DNA of 64,000 nucleotides from Candidatus Falkowbacteria bacterium (GTDB lineage Bacteria; Patescibacteriota; Patescibacteriia; UBA11705; JABHMO01): NCBI GenBank assembly GCA_018674305.1, contig JABHAL010000002.1, positions 4,496 to 68,495 of the forward strand, read 5' to 3'. Shown piece by piece: positions 9,230 to 19,997 of this stretch (position 1 is its first letter; each line of letters starts with the position of its first letter). The notes under the pieces were generated by a model. It saw only the letters and a program-made list of their open reading frames with translations, ran no database searches and was not told where the DNA came from. The position numbers and the translations under genes were made by a program.

Positions 9230-10321
9230 TTATGTTTCAATGTAATTCAGCTTCTTAAACACTGCCACTAAAATATTCTCCAAAAATTGATCTCGGGTAT
9301 GAATATCAATGTCCTTATCTACACCTTCATCTTTTTCCATATAACGCCACATTTTCTTTTTCTTATCCCACAAATCAGTATTCTTCATCCGACACCAATC
9401 TATTTCACCCTCGTCTGGATCTTCAACTAACCCATGGGCCAAGCTTCCTAGAAGCTGCACCCTTGATACGTAGGAATCAGCCTCATCTGACAATTGATCA
9501 TTCCACATACCCTCCGCTTCTTGGTAACTGACTTTTTTCAAGTCACGATAAACCTGCTCAGCTTTTTCTTGATTACCTAAAAAATATTCAACTATAACTT
9601 GAAGTAAATAGTTTTCAGTCATTTGACTTGAATCTTCACCAAATTCACCTACTCTATTCATCCAAACTTCTGCCTCAACGTCATATAACTCGCTTTGCTG
9701 TATCTCACTATAAAAATCCTTAGCTCTTGCCATCTGTCCATCAAACACAAATGCCAGGACGCCATAAAGCTGTGAATTACAATAAAAATTTTCTGGTCCA
9801 TCAAATCTATGTTTATATAAACCATCACTCTTGCACCTAATATCAATTAAGTGCAGAAAGCTATCCGTAAAACGCTCTTGCGGCTTAATTAAATTCATAT
9901 TAATTGCAGATAAAAACTGTGTAGCTGAAGTTACCCGACTGACACCTGATTCAGATTCAACGAAATCATCCCATAATCCGGTATCGCCATAAGCCGTTGT
10001 TTTAAATAACCTACCTGTATTTTCTTTGACTTCCTCTGATGGCCCGCTTCGTAGCTTTTCTAATAATTCATTTGGCTTCATCAACGGAAAAAATTCCTTA
10101 GTTTCAATAAAATTAACGATTTGTTCTTTTTTTGTTATATAGTCCCGCATTACCTGAAGTGCCTCCTTACTTCCCGCTTCCGCCTTCGCCTTAAGCTCAG
10201 CAAAACCTAAACCGCCTGAAATCACTTCTAACTCAGACATTAATTTATCAAAATGACGTTGCTGAACTTCAGTGAAGCTAGCGTGGAGTGCTTTTTCTTG
10301 TAATTCGGATTCAATTTTCAT
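9230..10321 (-). CDS. hypothetical protein, paralog A of a three-gene family with a conserved ~75-aa N-terminal module
   Basis: N-terminus LHASFTEVQQRHFDKLMSELEVISGGLGFAELKAKAEAGSKEALQVMRDYITKKE is shared nearly identically (at DNA level too) with 10343..11074 and 11085..12197. The C-terminal part is divergent. Confidence 0.6.
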   Translation of the reverse strand: MKIESELQEKALHASFTEVQQRHFDKLMSELEVISGGLGFAELKAKAEAGSKEALQVMRDYITKKEQIVNFIETKEFFPLMKPNELLEKLRSGPSEEVKENTGRLFKTTAYGDTGLWDDFVESESGVSRVTSATQFLSAINMNLIKPQERFTDSFLHLIDIRCKSDGLYKHRFDGPENFYCNSQLYGVLAFVFDGQMARAKDFYSEIQQSELYDVEAEVWMNRVGEFGEDSSQMTENYLLQVIVEYFLGNQEKAEQVYRDLKKVSYQEAEGMWNDQLSDEADSYVSRVQLLGSLAHGLVEDPDEGEIDWCRMKNTDLWDKKKKMWRYMEKDEGVDKDIDIHTRDQFLENILVAVFKKLNYIET

Positions 10322-10342
10322 AAACCAACTTTATAATTCAAT

Positions 10343-11074
10343 TTATTCAGGAAAATATAGCATATAATTATGTTTTCTTGAAGATAGCTCCCCAGTCTGT
10401 AATTCTGCTTCGACATGTACCCTTACTTGCTCAGGCTCATTATTAATATGCTCGACTGCTGTTATGCTTATTGATGTGACTTCTTCTTTATCAAGCAAAG
10501 ATTGCAATCGACTACCGACAATGTTTTCTGGATTCCTCTTACTCTTATCAAGTTGATAATGTTTATGCAATTCTAATCCAAAAATCGACTTAACAGCCAA
10601 CGTAGTGATAAAACCGTTCAAAACTTGTTGAACATGATCAGTCTTAATTAATTGATCTGAAAAAAGCCAAAGCGGAGTATTGTCAAGCATTTTTACTTTA
10701 TAGAGTAATCCACGACTATCCTCTTGGGTAACTTCTTCAACTTCACACATCTTCCCATGGTATGGTTTACCTGGATGCCAAACCATCCCCTCATCACCAA
10801 CACCAATAAAATATGACTTCCACTCTAAATTAGTCCCTAAAGGTATTTCTTTAGTTTCAATGAATTCAACAATCTTTTCTTTCTTAGCGATATAATCACG
10901 CATTACTTGAAGCGCCTCTTTATCCCCTGCTTCTGCCTTTGCCTTAAGCTCAGCAAACCCAAAACCATCTGAGATTACTTCCAACTCAGACATTAATTTA
11001 TCAAAATGACGTTGCTGAACTTCGGTGAAGCTAGCATGAAGTGCGCGTTCTTGTATTTGCTCTAGTGATTTCAT
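10343..11074 (-). CDS. hypothetical protein, paralog B (same N-terminal module, unrelated C-terminal domain)
   Basis: N-terminal 75 aa match paralog A almost exactly. The C-terminal 165 aa have no similarity to A or C. Confidence 0.6.
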   Translation of the reverse strand: MKSLEQIQERALHASFTEVQQRHFDKLMSELEVISDGFGFAELKAKAEAGDKEALQVMRDYIAKKEKIVEFIETKEIPLGTNLEWKSYFIGVGDEGMVWHPGKPYHGKMCEVEEVTQEDSRGLLYKVKMLDNTPLWLFSDQLIKTDHVQQVLNGFITTLAVKSIFGLELHKHYQLDKSKRNPENIVGSRLQSLLDKEEVTSISITAVEHINNEPEQVRVHVEAELQTGELSSRKHNYMLYFPE

Positions 11075-11084
11075 TTTATAATAG

Positions 11085-12197
11085 TTAATTTTTTATTTTT
11101 AATTTCTCGAAAATCGCAGTTAAAATAATATCCATTAACTCATCCGAAGTATTATAACCTTTTACACTGTTCTCTGTAGCTCGCCAACAACCAGACTCAG
11201 GCTCAACCCAACGTGGGTCTTTTTTTAATTCCTGCCATTTTTCTTTTGCCTCATAGGGACTACCCAAAATGGCTTCAGCCATGATACCCATTAGTTGATC
11301 AGTTGAAGTTCTCTCTACCTCTTCATCGTGATGATGGTAATTAGACTGTTTCCAACCAAGTTTTGGATCATAATATTCCTGTTTAAGATTTCCAAATCCC
11401 TGTCGAGCTTCTTCTTCCTGACCAAGAAAAAAGTTTACTAATTGATACAAAAGTTGATCTTTAGAATACAAACTTAAATCAGTAAAGTTTAATGTTTTAT
11501 TTTGAGTTGTATCTGGGGTCACACTAGTAAACCATGAATCAAACTCTTCCATATAAAACTTAAGTTTCTTTAAATCTGACAAGCGCTGACCAGCAGTATC
11601 AGCAAGATCATTTTTGGGCTGGATCAAAACCATCAAAATACTCAAAAATTGCCCTTCAGCATCATACTCTTCAACCCCAAGACTCAGATCGGCACAATTA
11701 TATAGCCTGTTTTCTCGGTTATACATTTTACTTTCCCACGGCTGTGTTATTGAAGTTTGTATGTCACCTGTCAATTGGCCTGCCAATTCAAGAAGAACAC
11801 AATTCCTATGGGTCACTGCATTACCTACCCCACCAAGTTTTTGGGTTAACATTTGCTTTTGCTTATCAAAGGCTGAAGTATATAACAATACTTGTAATTT
11901 TTCTTTGGCTTTTTCAGCTGTGCCTTCATTTAAAATATTTCGCATAGTTTCAGCGTCTATATATGGCATTCGCTTGGTTTCAATAAACTCCACAATTTTT
12001 TCTTTCTTTGTAATGTAATCCCGCATAATTTGAAGTGCTTCTTTACTACCCAACTCAGCCTTTGCTTTAAGATCAGCAAATCCTAAACCACCTGAAATCA
12101 CTTCTAATTCAGACATTAATTTGTCAAAATGTTGTTGCTGAGCCCTATTAAAGTCAACCTTTAGTGCACTTTCCTGAATTTGTTCTAATGTTTTCAT
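11085..12197 (-). CDS. hypothetical protein, paralog C (same N-terminal module, C-terminal domain distantly related to A)
   Basis: N-terminal module conserved. C-terminal blocks LYQLVNFFLGQEEEARQGF and ILTAIFEKLKI echo LQVIVEYFLGNQEKAEQVY and ILVAVFKKL of paralog A. Sits 3 nt downstream of the helicase-nuclease stop. Confidence 0.6.
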   Translation of the reverse strand: MKTLEQIQESALKVDFNRAQQQHFDKLMSELEVISGGLGFADLKAKAELGSKEALQIMRDYITKKEKIVEFIETKRMPYIDAETMRNILNEGTAEKAKEKLQVLLYTSAFDKQKQMLTQKLGGVGNAVTHRNCVLLELAGQLTGDIQTSITQPWESKMYNRENRLYNCADLSLGVEEYDAEGQFLSILMVLIQPKNDLADTAGQRLSDLKKLKFYMEEFDSWFTSVTPDTTQNKTLNFTDLSLYSKDQLLYQLVNFFLGQEEEARQGFGNLKQEYYDPKLGWKQSNYHHHDEEVERTSTDQLMGIMAEAILGSPYEAKEKWQELKKDPRWVEPESGCWRATENSVKGYNTSDELMDIILTAIFEKLKIKN

Positions 12198-12200
12198 GTT

Positions 12201-15197
12201 TTACAATTTTCGAAATTCACAAATATCTTTAAAGTCACAATGCCCACAAATGTGTTGACTGGGTTTAGGATCAAAATTTTGCTTTTTAATTTGTTCAATA
12301 TTATCCAAAAACCTTTGTTTGAGTTTTTCCTTGTCTTTAGAGTTGCCAAGAAAAGAGACTTGGCTGTCATCATCAAGAAAATAATAGGTTAATTTTTCTA
12401 ACTTTATATTCAAAACTTCTTCAGCTGCAATCTGATAGAACATTAGCTGGCGTCGGTCCTCTGTGGATAATTTTTCTTTAACTTGCCCAGTTTTGTAATC
12501 AATAATTTCAAACTGCCCTTTTTCTAATTCATCCACTCGGTCAATACGCCCAACAAAGGTGTATTCCCCAATCTTCAATCGGAACGACTGTTCCAATAAT
12601 TTAACTTTTGGTTTGTTTTTTTCAAAACCTTGGTGGAAGTTTTTTAATAAATCTTTGCCTTTTTCTAAATACTCCTCTTTTTGTTTTGCATTAACATACC
12701 AATCATCCTGCCAGTTTTCATTATAAACTTCATATAACCTTTCTAACGACAATAATCTATTTTGGTTTGCTGGTTCGCGAGACATCCCTGTCTCGCTCCC
12801 TCCTACCGCAAATATATCTTGTTGGGTATGCAGTCCAACCGTAAAACATTCTTCCAAAAATTTTTGTAAAGTATTGTGAATAGTTGAACCAAATGAAAAA
12901 TAGTGATTACCAAAGGTTGGAATTTTTAAAACATTGGCAAACTTGTACTTCAAAGGACAAGTTTCATAAGTCTGCATTTGTGAATAACTAAAATTGCGCG
13001 GTAGCTGATATTCAAAAGCCTTAGAGTCATCCTTTTGTACTCGCTCAACTGTAGGCTCAGCTTTTCCAGATTCTTCAGGTTTATTATACCCTAATTCTGT
13101 TAAAAAGCGAGACAATTTCTTTTTTCGTGCTCCACCATAGTCATCAGCTGAAGTGAAGAACAATCCCCTTTTTGCTCTGGTCATTGCTACATAAAATAAT
13201 CTCCGTTCTTCCTCTAAATGAAAATCACCTTCTGAGGAGTCTTCTTTTATCAAAGAATCTGGAATTTCAATTACCTCTTTACGCTGATCGGTCGGAAATT
13301 TTCGATCAACCAAACAAGAAACGAACACATAATCAAATTCTAAACCCTTGGCACTGTGAATTGTCATAATACGCACCATGTCCGGACCAGTTTCCACGTC
13401 AAACGCCAATTTCCCACTTTCGCCCGATTGCATTTCCATATTCAAAAGCTCCATTAAGTCACTAAGCCTCGGATCCTCATACGACATTTCCACTTCTTGA
13501 ATTTTCTTGAAAAATTGTTGAACAAAATCTAGCGTTTCTTTTGCTTTTGCTGGTTCCAAATCATTCAAATACTCCAAATAACCTGAGCCGTACAAAAAAC
13601 TTAATAAAACTTCAGTCGGTTTTTTATTTTGTGCTAACTGAGTATCTTTTTCAACTTGAACTAAAATATTGTTAATTGACTTCAAAGTTTGTTCAGTTAA
13701 GCCTGGAACTGTTGAAGCCTGCTTTAATGATTCGAATATAGATATTGATTTTCTCTTAGCTAAATGAACCAATTTAACAATTTGTTCAGGCTCAATATTT
13801 AGAAATGGCAAGTTTAGAATTCGATAAACTGCCGCGCTCTCATGATAATTATCCAGCAACTTGAAATAATTAATAATATCAACCACAACTGATTTATTGT
13901 ACAACCCTCGCATAGCCAGGAATTGGTACGGAATTTGAGCTTGTTCTAAATAATTAATAAAAATATTGGCGCTATCATTAGCCCTAACTAAAATTGCTAT
14001 ATCTGACCACTCCGCTTGCTGATCTTGTTTTAATTTTATTATTTTTTGAATTACTGCCTTTGCCTCTTCCTCAACAGACGACAAATGATAGTGAACAACC
14101 TCGCCTTTTTCAGAAACGTTAGATTTTAATTTTTTATCAATACCTAATTTTTCCTCCAATCGATATGGATTGTTTTGTAAAATAAAATTGTAGGCTAAAT
14201 CTAGAATTTCCTGTGTAGATCGATAGTTTTCTATTAATACAACTTCTTTAGCCGTTGGGTAATCTTTTTTGAACTGCATTATATTAGAAATCGAAGCTCC
14301 ACGAAACTTGTAAATGCTCTGATCATCATCTCCTACAACTGTGATATTGTTTTTGGGTGTGGCCAAAAGTTTAATTAACTCGTATTGAACAAAGTTTGTA
14401 TCCTGAAACTCGTCAACCAAAATGTGTTTGAACTGTTGACGATATTTAGCCAAAATTAATGGGCGCTTTTTAAATAATTGAATTGTATAATTTATTAAAT
14501 CAGCGAAATCCAAGCTCTCATTATCAATTAAAATTTGCTGATAAGTCTGATAGGCATTGGCAATTTCCTCAATTCGAAGAATTTCTTGTTTTAATATTTC
14601 TTTTTGATTAGCTTCGTCAACCTTACTGAAATCTATTTTGTTTACGAAATCGTGAACATCATCATTTAACTTGATTTCCTGTGCATATTTTAAATAATTT
14701 TCAGGATAAATACCTTCATCCTTGCAACGAGAGAAATGCTTTAACAGTGCGTGGATAAACTTGGTTGGATTACCTAACGGCTGATAATATTCTAATTTGA
14801 ACTTGTCCAAATTTTTCCTCACCAAGAGCCAGGCCTCCGTCCCATCCACGAGTTTGTAATTATTTGGCAAACCAATATCCAGAGCATGCCGTTTCAAAAT
14901 TTTGTCACAAAAAGCATGAAAAGTTGAAATCCACAAATCAACATAACCATATGGAAGCATTTGATCCACGCGCTCTTCCATTTCCTGCGCAGATTTTTCA
15001 GTAAAAGTTAAAGCTAATACTTCATCAACATTAGCATTTTTTTCAGTAATCAAATATGCAATTCTGGCAGTTACAACCCGAGTCTTCCCCGTACCAGCTC
15101 CAGCCACAATCAACTGAGGTCCATCTTCGTGAATAATGGCTTGCTTTTGTTGTTCATTTGATTCAGAAATTAGACTCATATGTGTATATATTAGCAC
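12201..15197 (-). CDS. UvrD/PcrA-like SF1 helicase fused to a C-terminal Cas4/AddB-like PD-(D/E)xK nuclease with an Fe-S cysteine cluster
   Basis: Walker A AGAGTGKT and UvrD motifs in the N-terminal 650 aa. C-terminus has CPLKYKF ... IIDYKTG (D-E-K) ... CGHCDFKDICEF, i.e. the four-Cys RecB-family nuclease domain. Confidence 0.8.
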   Translation of the reverse strand: MLIYTHMSLISESNEQQKQAIIHEDGPQLIVAGAGTGKTRVVTARIAYLITEKNANVDEVLALTFTEKSAQEMEERVDQMLPYGYVDLWISTFHAFCDKILKRHALDIGLPNNYKLVDGTEAWLLVRKNLDKFKLEYYQPLGNPTKFIHALLKHFSRCKDEGIYPENYLKYAQEIKLNDDVHDFVNKIDFSKVDEANQKEILKQEILRIEEIANAYQTYQQILIDNESLDFADLINYTIQLFKKRPLILAKYRQQFKHILVDEFQDTNFVQYELIKLLATPKNNITVVGDDDQSIYKFRGASISNIMQFKKDYPTAKEVVLIENYRSTQEILDLAYNFILQNNPYRLEEKLGIDKKLKSNVSEKGEVVHYHLSSVEEEAKAVIQKIIKLKQDQQAEWSDIAILVRANDSANIFINYLEQAQIPYQFLAMRGLYNKSVVVDIINYFKLLDNYHESAAVYRILNLPFLNIEPEQIVKLVHLAKRKSISIFESLKQASTVPGLTEQTLKSINNILVQVEKDTQLAQNKKPTEVLLSFLYGSGYLEYLNDLEPAKAKETLDFVQQFFKKIQEVEMSYEDPRLSDLMELLNMEMQSGESGKLAFDVETGPDMVRIMTIHSAKGLEFDYVFVSCLVDRKFPTDQRKEVIEIPDSLIKEDSSEGDFHLEEERRLFYVAMTRAKRGLFFTSADDYGGARKKKLSRFLTELGYNKPEESGKAEPTVERVQKDDSKAFEYQLPRNFSYSQMQTYETCPLKYKFANVLKIPTFGNHYFSFGSTIHNTLQKFLEECFTVGLHTQQDIFAVGGSETGMSREPANQNRLLSLERLYEVYNENWQDDWYVNAKQKEEYLEKGKDLLKNFHQGFEKNKPKVKLLEQSFRLKIGEYTFVGRIDRVDELEKGQFEIIDYKTGQVKEKLSTEDRRQLMFYQIAAEEVLNIKLEKLTYYFLDDDSQVSFLGNSKDKEKLKQRFLDNIEQIKKQNFDPKPSQHICGHCDFKDICEFRKL

Positions 15198-15406
15198 AAA
15201 AAAGACCCGTCAGACAAGAGACCCAAATCAGGTATCTTTACATGCTCCTGTCTCTCCTAGGCCACCTTGAGACTTGACATTACTTGAAATAATTGCTAAT
15301 CTATTGAAATCAAGATTGTACACATTGACACCAAAAACCATAAATGATATTTTAGAAAAGTATTTGTACAGCTAGTTCATTTAAACTCTTAGTGTGAGGA
15401 GATCAA

Positions 15407-15673
15407 ATGTCGAGATTCTCTGATGGCCGTTTTTGCACTCAGCCCAATGGGCAAGGAGGAACATGCAATGCGTTAATGGAGGAAAAATCAGTTTTTTGGC
15501 GTTGTCCTAAAGGGCATGATATAGTTTTCATGGAAAGTGAAGAGATAAAGGAAAAACTTGCTCGTGAACAAGTACGTTCAGAGCATGGTGGTAAAATTGC
15601 TTTTCGTAGTGCTTTATCAATGGACGGAAAAGAACTCTTTGCTAGACCAAACACACGCGGTGGTGCAAAATAA
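15407..15673 (+). CDS. small zinc-ribbon protein (CxxC...CxxGH)
   Basis: 88 aa. Strong SD GTGAGGAG before the ATG. C-x9-C ... C-P-K-G-H pattern. TTGACA-17-TATTTT promoter roughly 70 nt upstream. Confidence 0.5.
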   Translation: MSRFSDGRFCTQPNGQGGTCNALMEEKSVFWRCPKGHDIVFMESEEIKEKLAREQVRSEHGGKIAFRSALSMDGKELFARPNTRGGAK

Positions 15674-15699
15674 GCTCATCAATGGCTCAGGAGTAAACA

Positions 15700-16008
15700 G
15701 TGAGCAAAATATTTGAACAAGGGAACTTTTGTCCAGAGTGTGCTCAACATGGACAGTACAAACTGATGCAGAAAGGCATAGTTGTTCTACGTTGTCCTGC
15801 TTGCCAACATGCCATGCCACTGCCTAAAGCAGAAATAAAACAACTCTCGGATCAAGCAGAACTTGAACTAGTTAGAGAAGAACGAATGAAACGAGCGATT
15901 ATTAGACCAGACATCGGGGAAATTTCCTCCCGCTTTAATGGCCGAAACCCAAGACCGACCGATTCAATGACTACAGAGATGAAGAAAACAGGTTGCAAAA
16001 CAAGATAG
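15700..16008 (+). CDS. small zinc-ribbon protein, paralog of 15407..15673
   Basis: 102 aa. CPEC ... CPAC four-Cys ribbon at the N-terminus, same layout as the upstream gene. Confidence 0.5.
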   Translation: MSKIFEQGNFCPECAQHGQYKLMQKGIVVLRCPACQHAMPLPKAEIKQLSDQAELELVREERMKRAIIRPDIGEISSRFNGRNPRPTDSMTTEMKKTGCKTR

Positions 16009-16017
16009 AAATACAAA

Positions 16018-16052
16018 ACGCGGTTCGCACCTGAACCCCGTTTTTTTTATTT
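16018..16052 (+). terminator. rho-independent terminator after the zinc-ribbon pair
   Basis: ACGCGGTTC / GAACCCCGT stem (8 of 9 bp) followed by TTTTTTTT. Confidence 0.5.
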
Positions 16053-16083
16053 GAACTTTCTAAAGTTATCTAATTTTGCCCTC

Positions 16084-16581
16084 TTATAATGCCGATTTAA
16101 TACTCTTCAAAGCTTCGGGAAACAATGGAACAAATACCGAACCAATTACTAACAACACACTCGCCACGCTAGAAATTGACATTTGCCATAATAACCAATC
16201 ATTAAGCGGATATTTAAGTAAGAAATGTAAAATCACTGACAAAACAAAGATTCCTTCAACTAGACCTAGAATTAATCCCAGTAATTTATCAAAACTTGAC
16301 ACAAACGGCAGTATAGTAATAATTCTAAAAATCTTTCCAAACACCCAAAACATTAAACTGACTATTTTTATAGAAACGGAAAATATCAAGATAAAAGCTA
16401 TCACTTTAGAAAAATTCGAATCACCAAACCAAGTAGCTACTACAGGAAAATAACGACTAGCAATAATAACTGCTACGATTATTCCAATAATAGAACCGAG
16501 AGATTCTAGAAATCCTTTTTTGAAGCCCAGCAATCCAATAACTAAGATCAAGCCTAATAAAATGTAATCTAGTGAGACCAT
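16084..16581 (-). CDS. cvpA: CvpA-family membrane protein
   Basis: LDYILLGLILVIGLLGFKKGFLESLGSIIG plus four TM helices is the CvpA pattern. Start taken at an internal Met. Confidence 0.55.
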   Translation of the reverse strand: MVSLDYILLGLILVIGLLGFKKGFLESLGSIIGIIVAVIIASRYFPVVATWFGDSNFSKVIAFILIFSVSIKIVSLMFWVFGKIFRIITILPFVSSFDKLLGLILGLVEGIFVLSVILHFLLKYPLNDWLLWQMSISSVASVLLVIGSVFVPLFPEALKSIKSAL

Positions 16582-16705
16582 ATATGAATAATATCTAATA
16601 TCCAATACCAAATATCCAATAATTTATTTTCACCTAGAGAAATTATACCATATTTTTTAAAACAAAAAAACGTCCAGATAAATTTTTATCCAGACGTTAT
16701 GTTTT

Positions 16706-17644
16706 TTACAAACGGCGTCGTCGCCCACTGGTATTTGACTGCCAGTAAGGATCAACGGTAACTGTTGAGGTCTCATCTTCGACTAATACTTCAGACTCAA
16801 ACTCATCTTCTTCGATTGCTACTTCGACCTCGTCCGCATCAACAAGGATCATACTTTCGATTTCATCAATGATAACATCCTCATCATCAAGAATAATAGG
16901 ATCTAGCACTTCGACTTCATCCGCATCAACAAGGATAACACCCGCGTCATCATCGTAATCAAGAATAATCTCATCGGGATTTGGTCCGACTTCAATTTCA
17001 CTTGGATGATCGTCAGTTGTGTCAACCATGACACCTTCATCTTCTTCAGGCTCAGGCGTAACTTCAGGCGCCTCAGCTCTGTTAGCCTTGGCGCCTTGGC
17101 TAAAATCCGGCGGTCCACCGTGGGCAGTCACCCCAATTGAAGTGTCTTCAGTAAAGTCAACCACCCTCCAACGTTCGCCATCAAACACGGCCAGCTTGAC
17201 CCAGACAGTCAATTTGGGATGCTTGCGCTTGATGTTAGCAACAGCTTTTTCCAGATCAGCTTTGTAAGCTTTACGCTCAGCTGCTCGATCTCTGAACTTT
17301 TGAGTTCCACCATAAGCGCCACAATCATCATGAGCAACCAAGTAAACCTCAGTTACTCCATGTAGATCAACTGACAAGTTTACCATCTTCATGGTACTGT
17401 CACGAGTTATTACATCGGCCAACATTTTCTGTCCACCAGGAATTGTGACTACATCACAATCGTCCCGTAGTCCATTATCAATCATGAACTTGTGAACAGC
17501 ACCTTGGATCCTAAAATCCATACATGTAACCAATAAAGAAGCACAGTTATGCGACATTTTTTCCCTCCTGTGTAAAGAACTTGACTGATTGTAAAGTTTA
17601 GCACATATTATAATATTGTCAAGTACTATTGCAAAATAACTCAA
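16706..17644 (-). CDS. beta-carbonic-anhydrase-like protein (CxDxR ... HxxC) with a long acidic repeat-containing C-terminal extension
   Basis: CMDFR and HDDCGAYGG match the beta-CA zinc-ligand motifs. The C-terminal half is D/E/V-rich with an internal tandem repeat. Paralog of 17677..18087. GC elevated in the 3' half. Confidence 0.45.
   Translation of the reverse strand: MSYFAIVLDNIIICAKLYNQSSSLHRREKMSHNCASLLVTCMDFRIQGAVHKFMIDNGLRDDCDVVTIPGGQKMLADVITRDSTMKMVNLSVDLHGVTEVYLVAHDDCGAYGGTQKFRDRAAERKAYKADLEKAVANIKRKHPKLTVWVKLAVFDGERWRVVDFTEDTSIGVTAHGGPPDFSQGAKANRAEAPEVTPEPEEDEGVMVDTTDDHPSEIEVGPNPDEIILDYDDDAGVILVDADEVEVLDPIILDDEDVIIDEIESMILVDADEVEVAIEEDEFESEVLVEDETSTVTVDPYWQSNTSGRRRRL
16826..16990. 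repeat. internal tandem repeat (~80-bp unit, 2 copies) encoding the acidic DADEVEV...ILDDED tract
   Basis: catccgcatcaacaaggat... recurs about 80 bp apart. At protein level VDADEVEVLDPIILDDEDVIIDEI / LVDADEVEVAIEEDE. Confidence 0.5.
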
Positions 17645-17672
17645 AAAAGCCCCTTTAGGGGCTTTTAACGTT
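17645..17672 (-). terminator. rho-independent terminator separating the two beta-CA-like paralogs
   Basis: AGCCCCT tt AGGGGCT perfect stem, followed on the minus strand by TTTTTTG. Confidence 0.6.
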
Positions 17673-17676
17673 TATC

Positions 17677-18087
17677 TTAAAGTTCCTTGATCTCAATTTC
17701 TTCATCTTCATTAAAAACAACTAGCATTTTACGTACAGCGATATCTGGATATTTTTTCTTTACTATTTCTTCTGCCGTTGTCATATCTTCGTCATATTTT
17801 GCTTTTTCAGATTCATCATCGTCAAAACTATCACTTCCACCATAGGCACCACAATCCTGATGCGCCATAAATATAACTGTATTTATACCGTGGAGTTTTA
17901 CTGAAAGTTCAATTTGTTTCAAAACTGTAGCACGAGTATCTTCATCCAATAATGCTTTTTGTGCACCAGCAATAGATACTAAATCATAATCTTTTGTTAA
18001 TCCGTTCTCATTTACCCAACAACAAATAGCTTTATGAAATCGAAAATCCATGCAGGTAATTAAAAGATTGTTGCAATTGTGTGACAT
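17677..18087 (-). CDS. small beta-carbonic-anhydrase-like protein (CxDxR ... HxxC)
   Basis: CMDFR ... HQDCGAYGG, 136 aa. Paralog of the N-terminal domain of 16706..17644. Confidence 0.45.
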   Translation of the reverse strand: MSHNCNNLLITCMDFRFHKAICCWVNENGLTKDYDLVSIAGAQKALLDEDTRATVLKQIELSVKLHGINTVIFMAHQDCGAYGGSDSFDDDESEKAKYDEDMTTAEEIVKKKYPDIAVRKMLVVFNEDEEIEIKEL

Positions 18088-18111
18088 AATTTGAATTTAA
18101 AATTATTATTA

Positions 18112-18567
18112 TTAACCTTTATGTTCATAATCTTTAATATTTATTCCCCGCTGTTCAATGCGTCGTAAATGCTTACGACCGACTCTAATTCGAGCCAGCT
18201 CTTTTTCTATTTGTGCAGTCAGGGCTGCAAACTCTCGAGAGTCAACTGCTTTTTGTTCTCTCAAATCTGTTGCTCTCTGCATAGCAACTTTAGCTCTTTC
18301 TAAATCAATTTCCTCTGATCGCTCTGCTCTGTCTGCTAAAACTACAACTTTAGTTGACAATACTTCAAGAAAACCTCCAGCAACTGACACCGTTGTTTCA
18401 CCTTCTCCCTTCCTAATAATAATTTCACCAGCTTTTAAAATAGAAATTAGCGGAATATGATTTGGCAAAATTGTAATTTCACCCATTTCTGTAGGAACAG
18501 TAACCGAATCAACGTCGTCTTTGTAAACGACTTTTTCTGGTGTAGCAATTTTAAAATTAATTTTCAT
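18112..18567 (-). CDS. atpC: F1 ATP synthase epsilon subunit
   Basis: Beta-sandwich N-terminus, helical C-terminus, last gene of the atp operon. Confidence 0.8.
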   Translation of the reverse strand: MKINFKIATPEKVVYKDDVDSVTVPTEMGEITILPNHIPLISILKAGEIIIRKGEGETTVSVAGGFLEVLSTKVVVLADRAERSEEIDLERAKVAMQRATDLREQKAVDSREFAALTAQIEKELARIRVGRKHLRRIEQRGINIKDYEHKG

Positions 18568-18574
18568 GTGTTTT

Positions 18575-19945
<1,371 letters not shown>

Positions 19946-19997
19946 TTATTAGATTAAAGATTTATAATTATATAATTACACAAAATTAATTTTCAAT

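Noticed and set aside
12194-12376. 60-aa minus-strand ORF overlapping the 3' end of the helicase-nuclease gene
   Set aside because: It is an alternative frame within the conserved C-terminal nuclease domain and has no RBS.
16612-16705. Terminator call from AACGTCCAGATAAATTTTTATCCAGACGTT
   Set aside because: The two arms are direct, not inverted, repeats (TCCAGA twice), so no hairpin forms.
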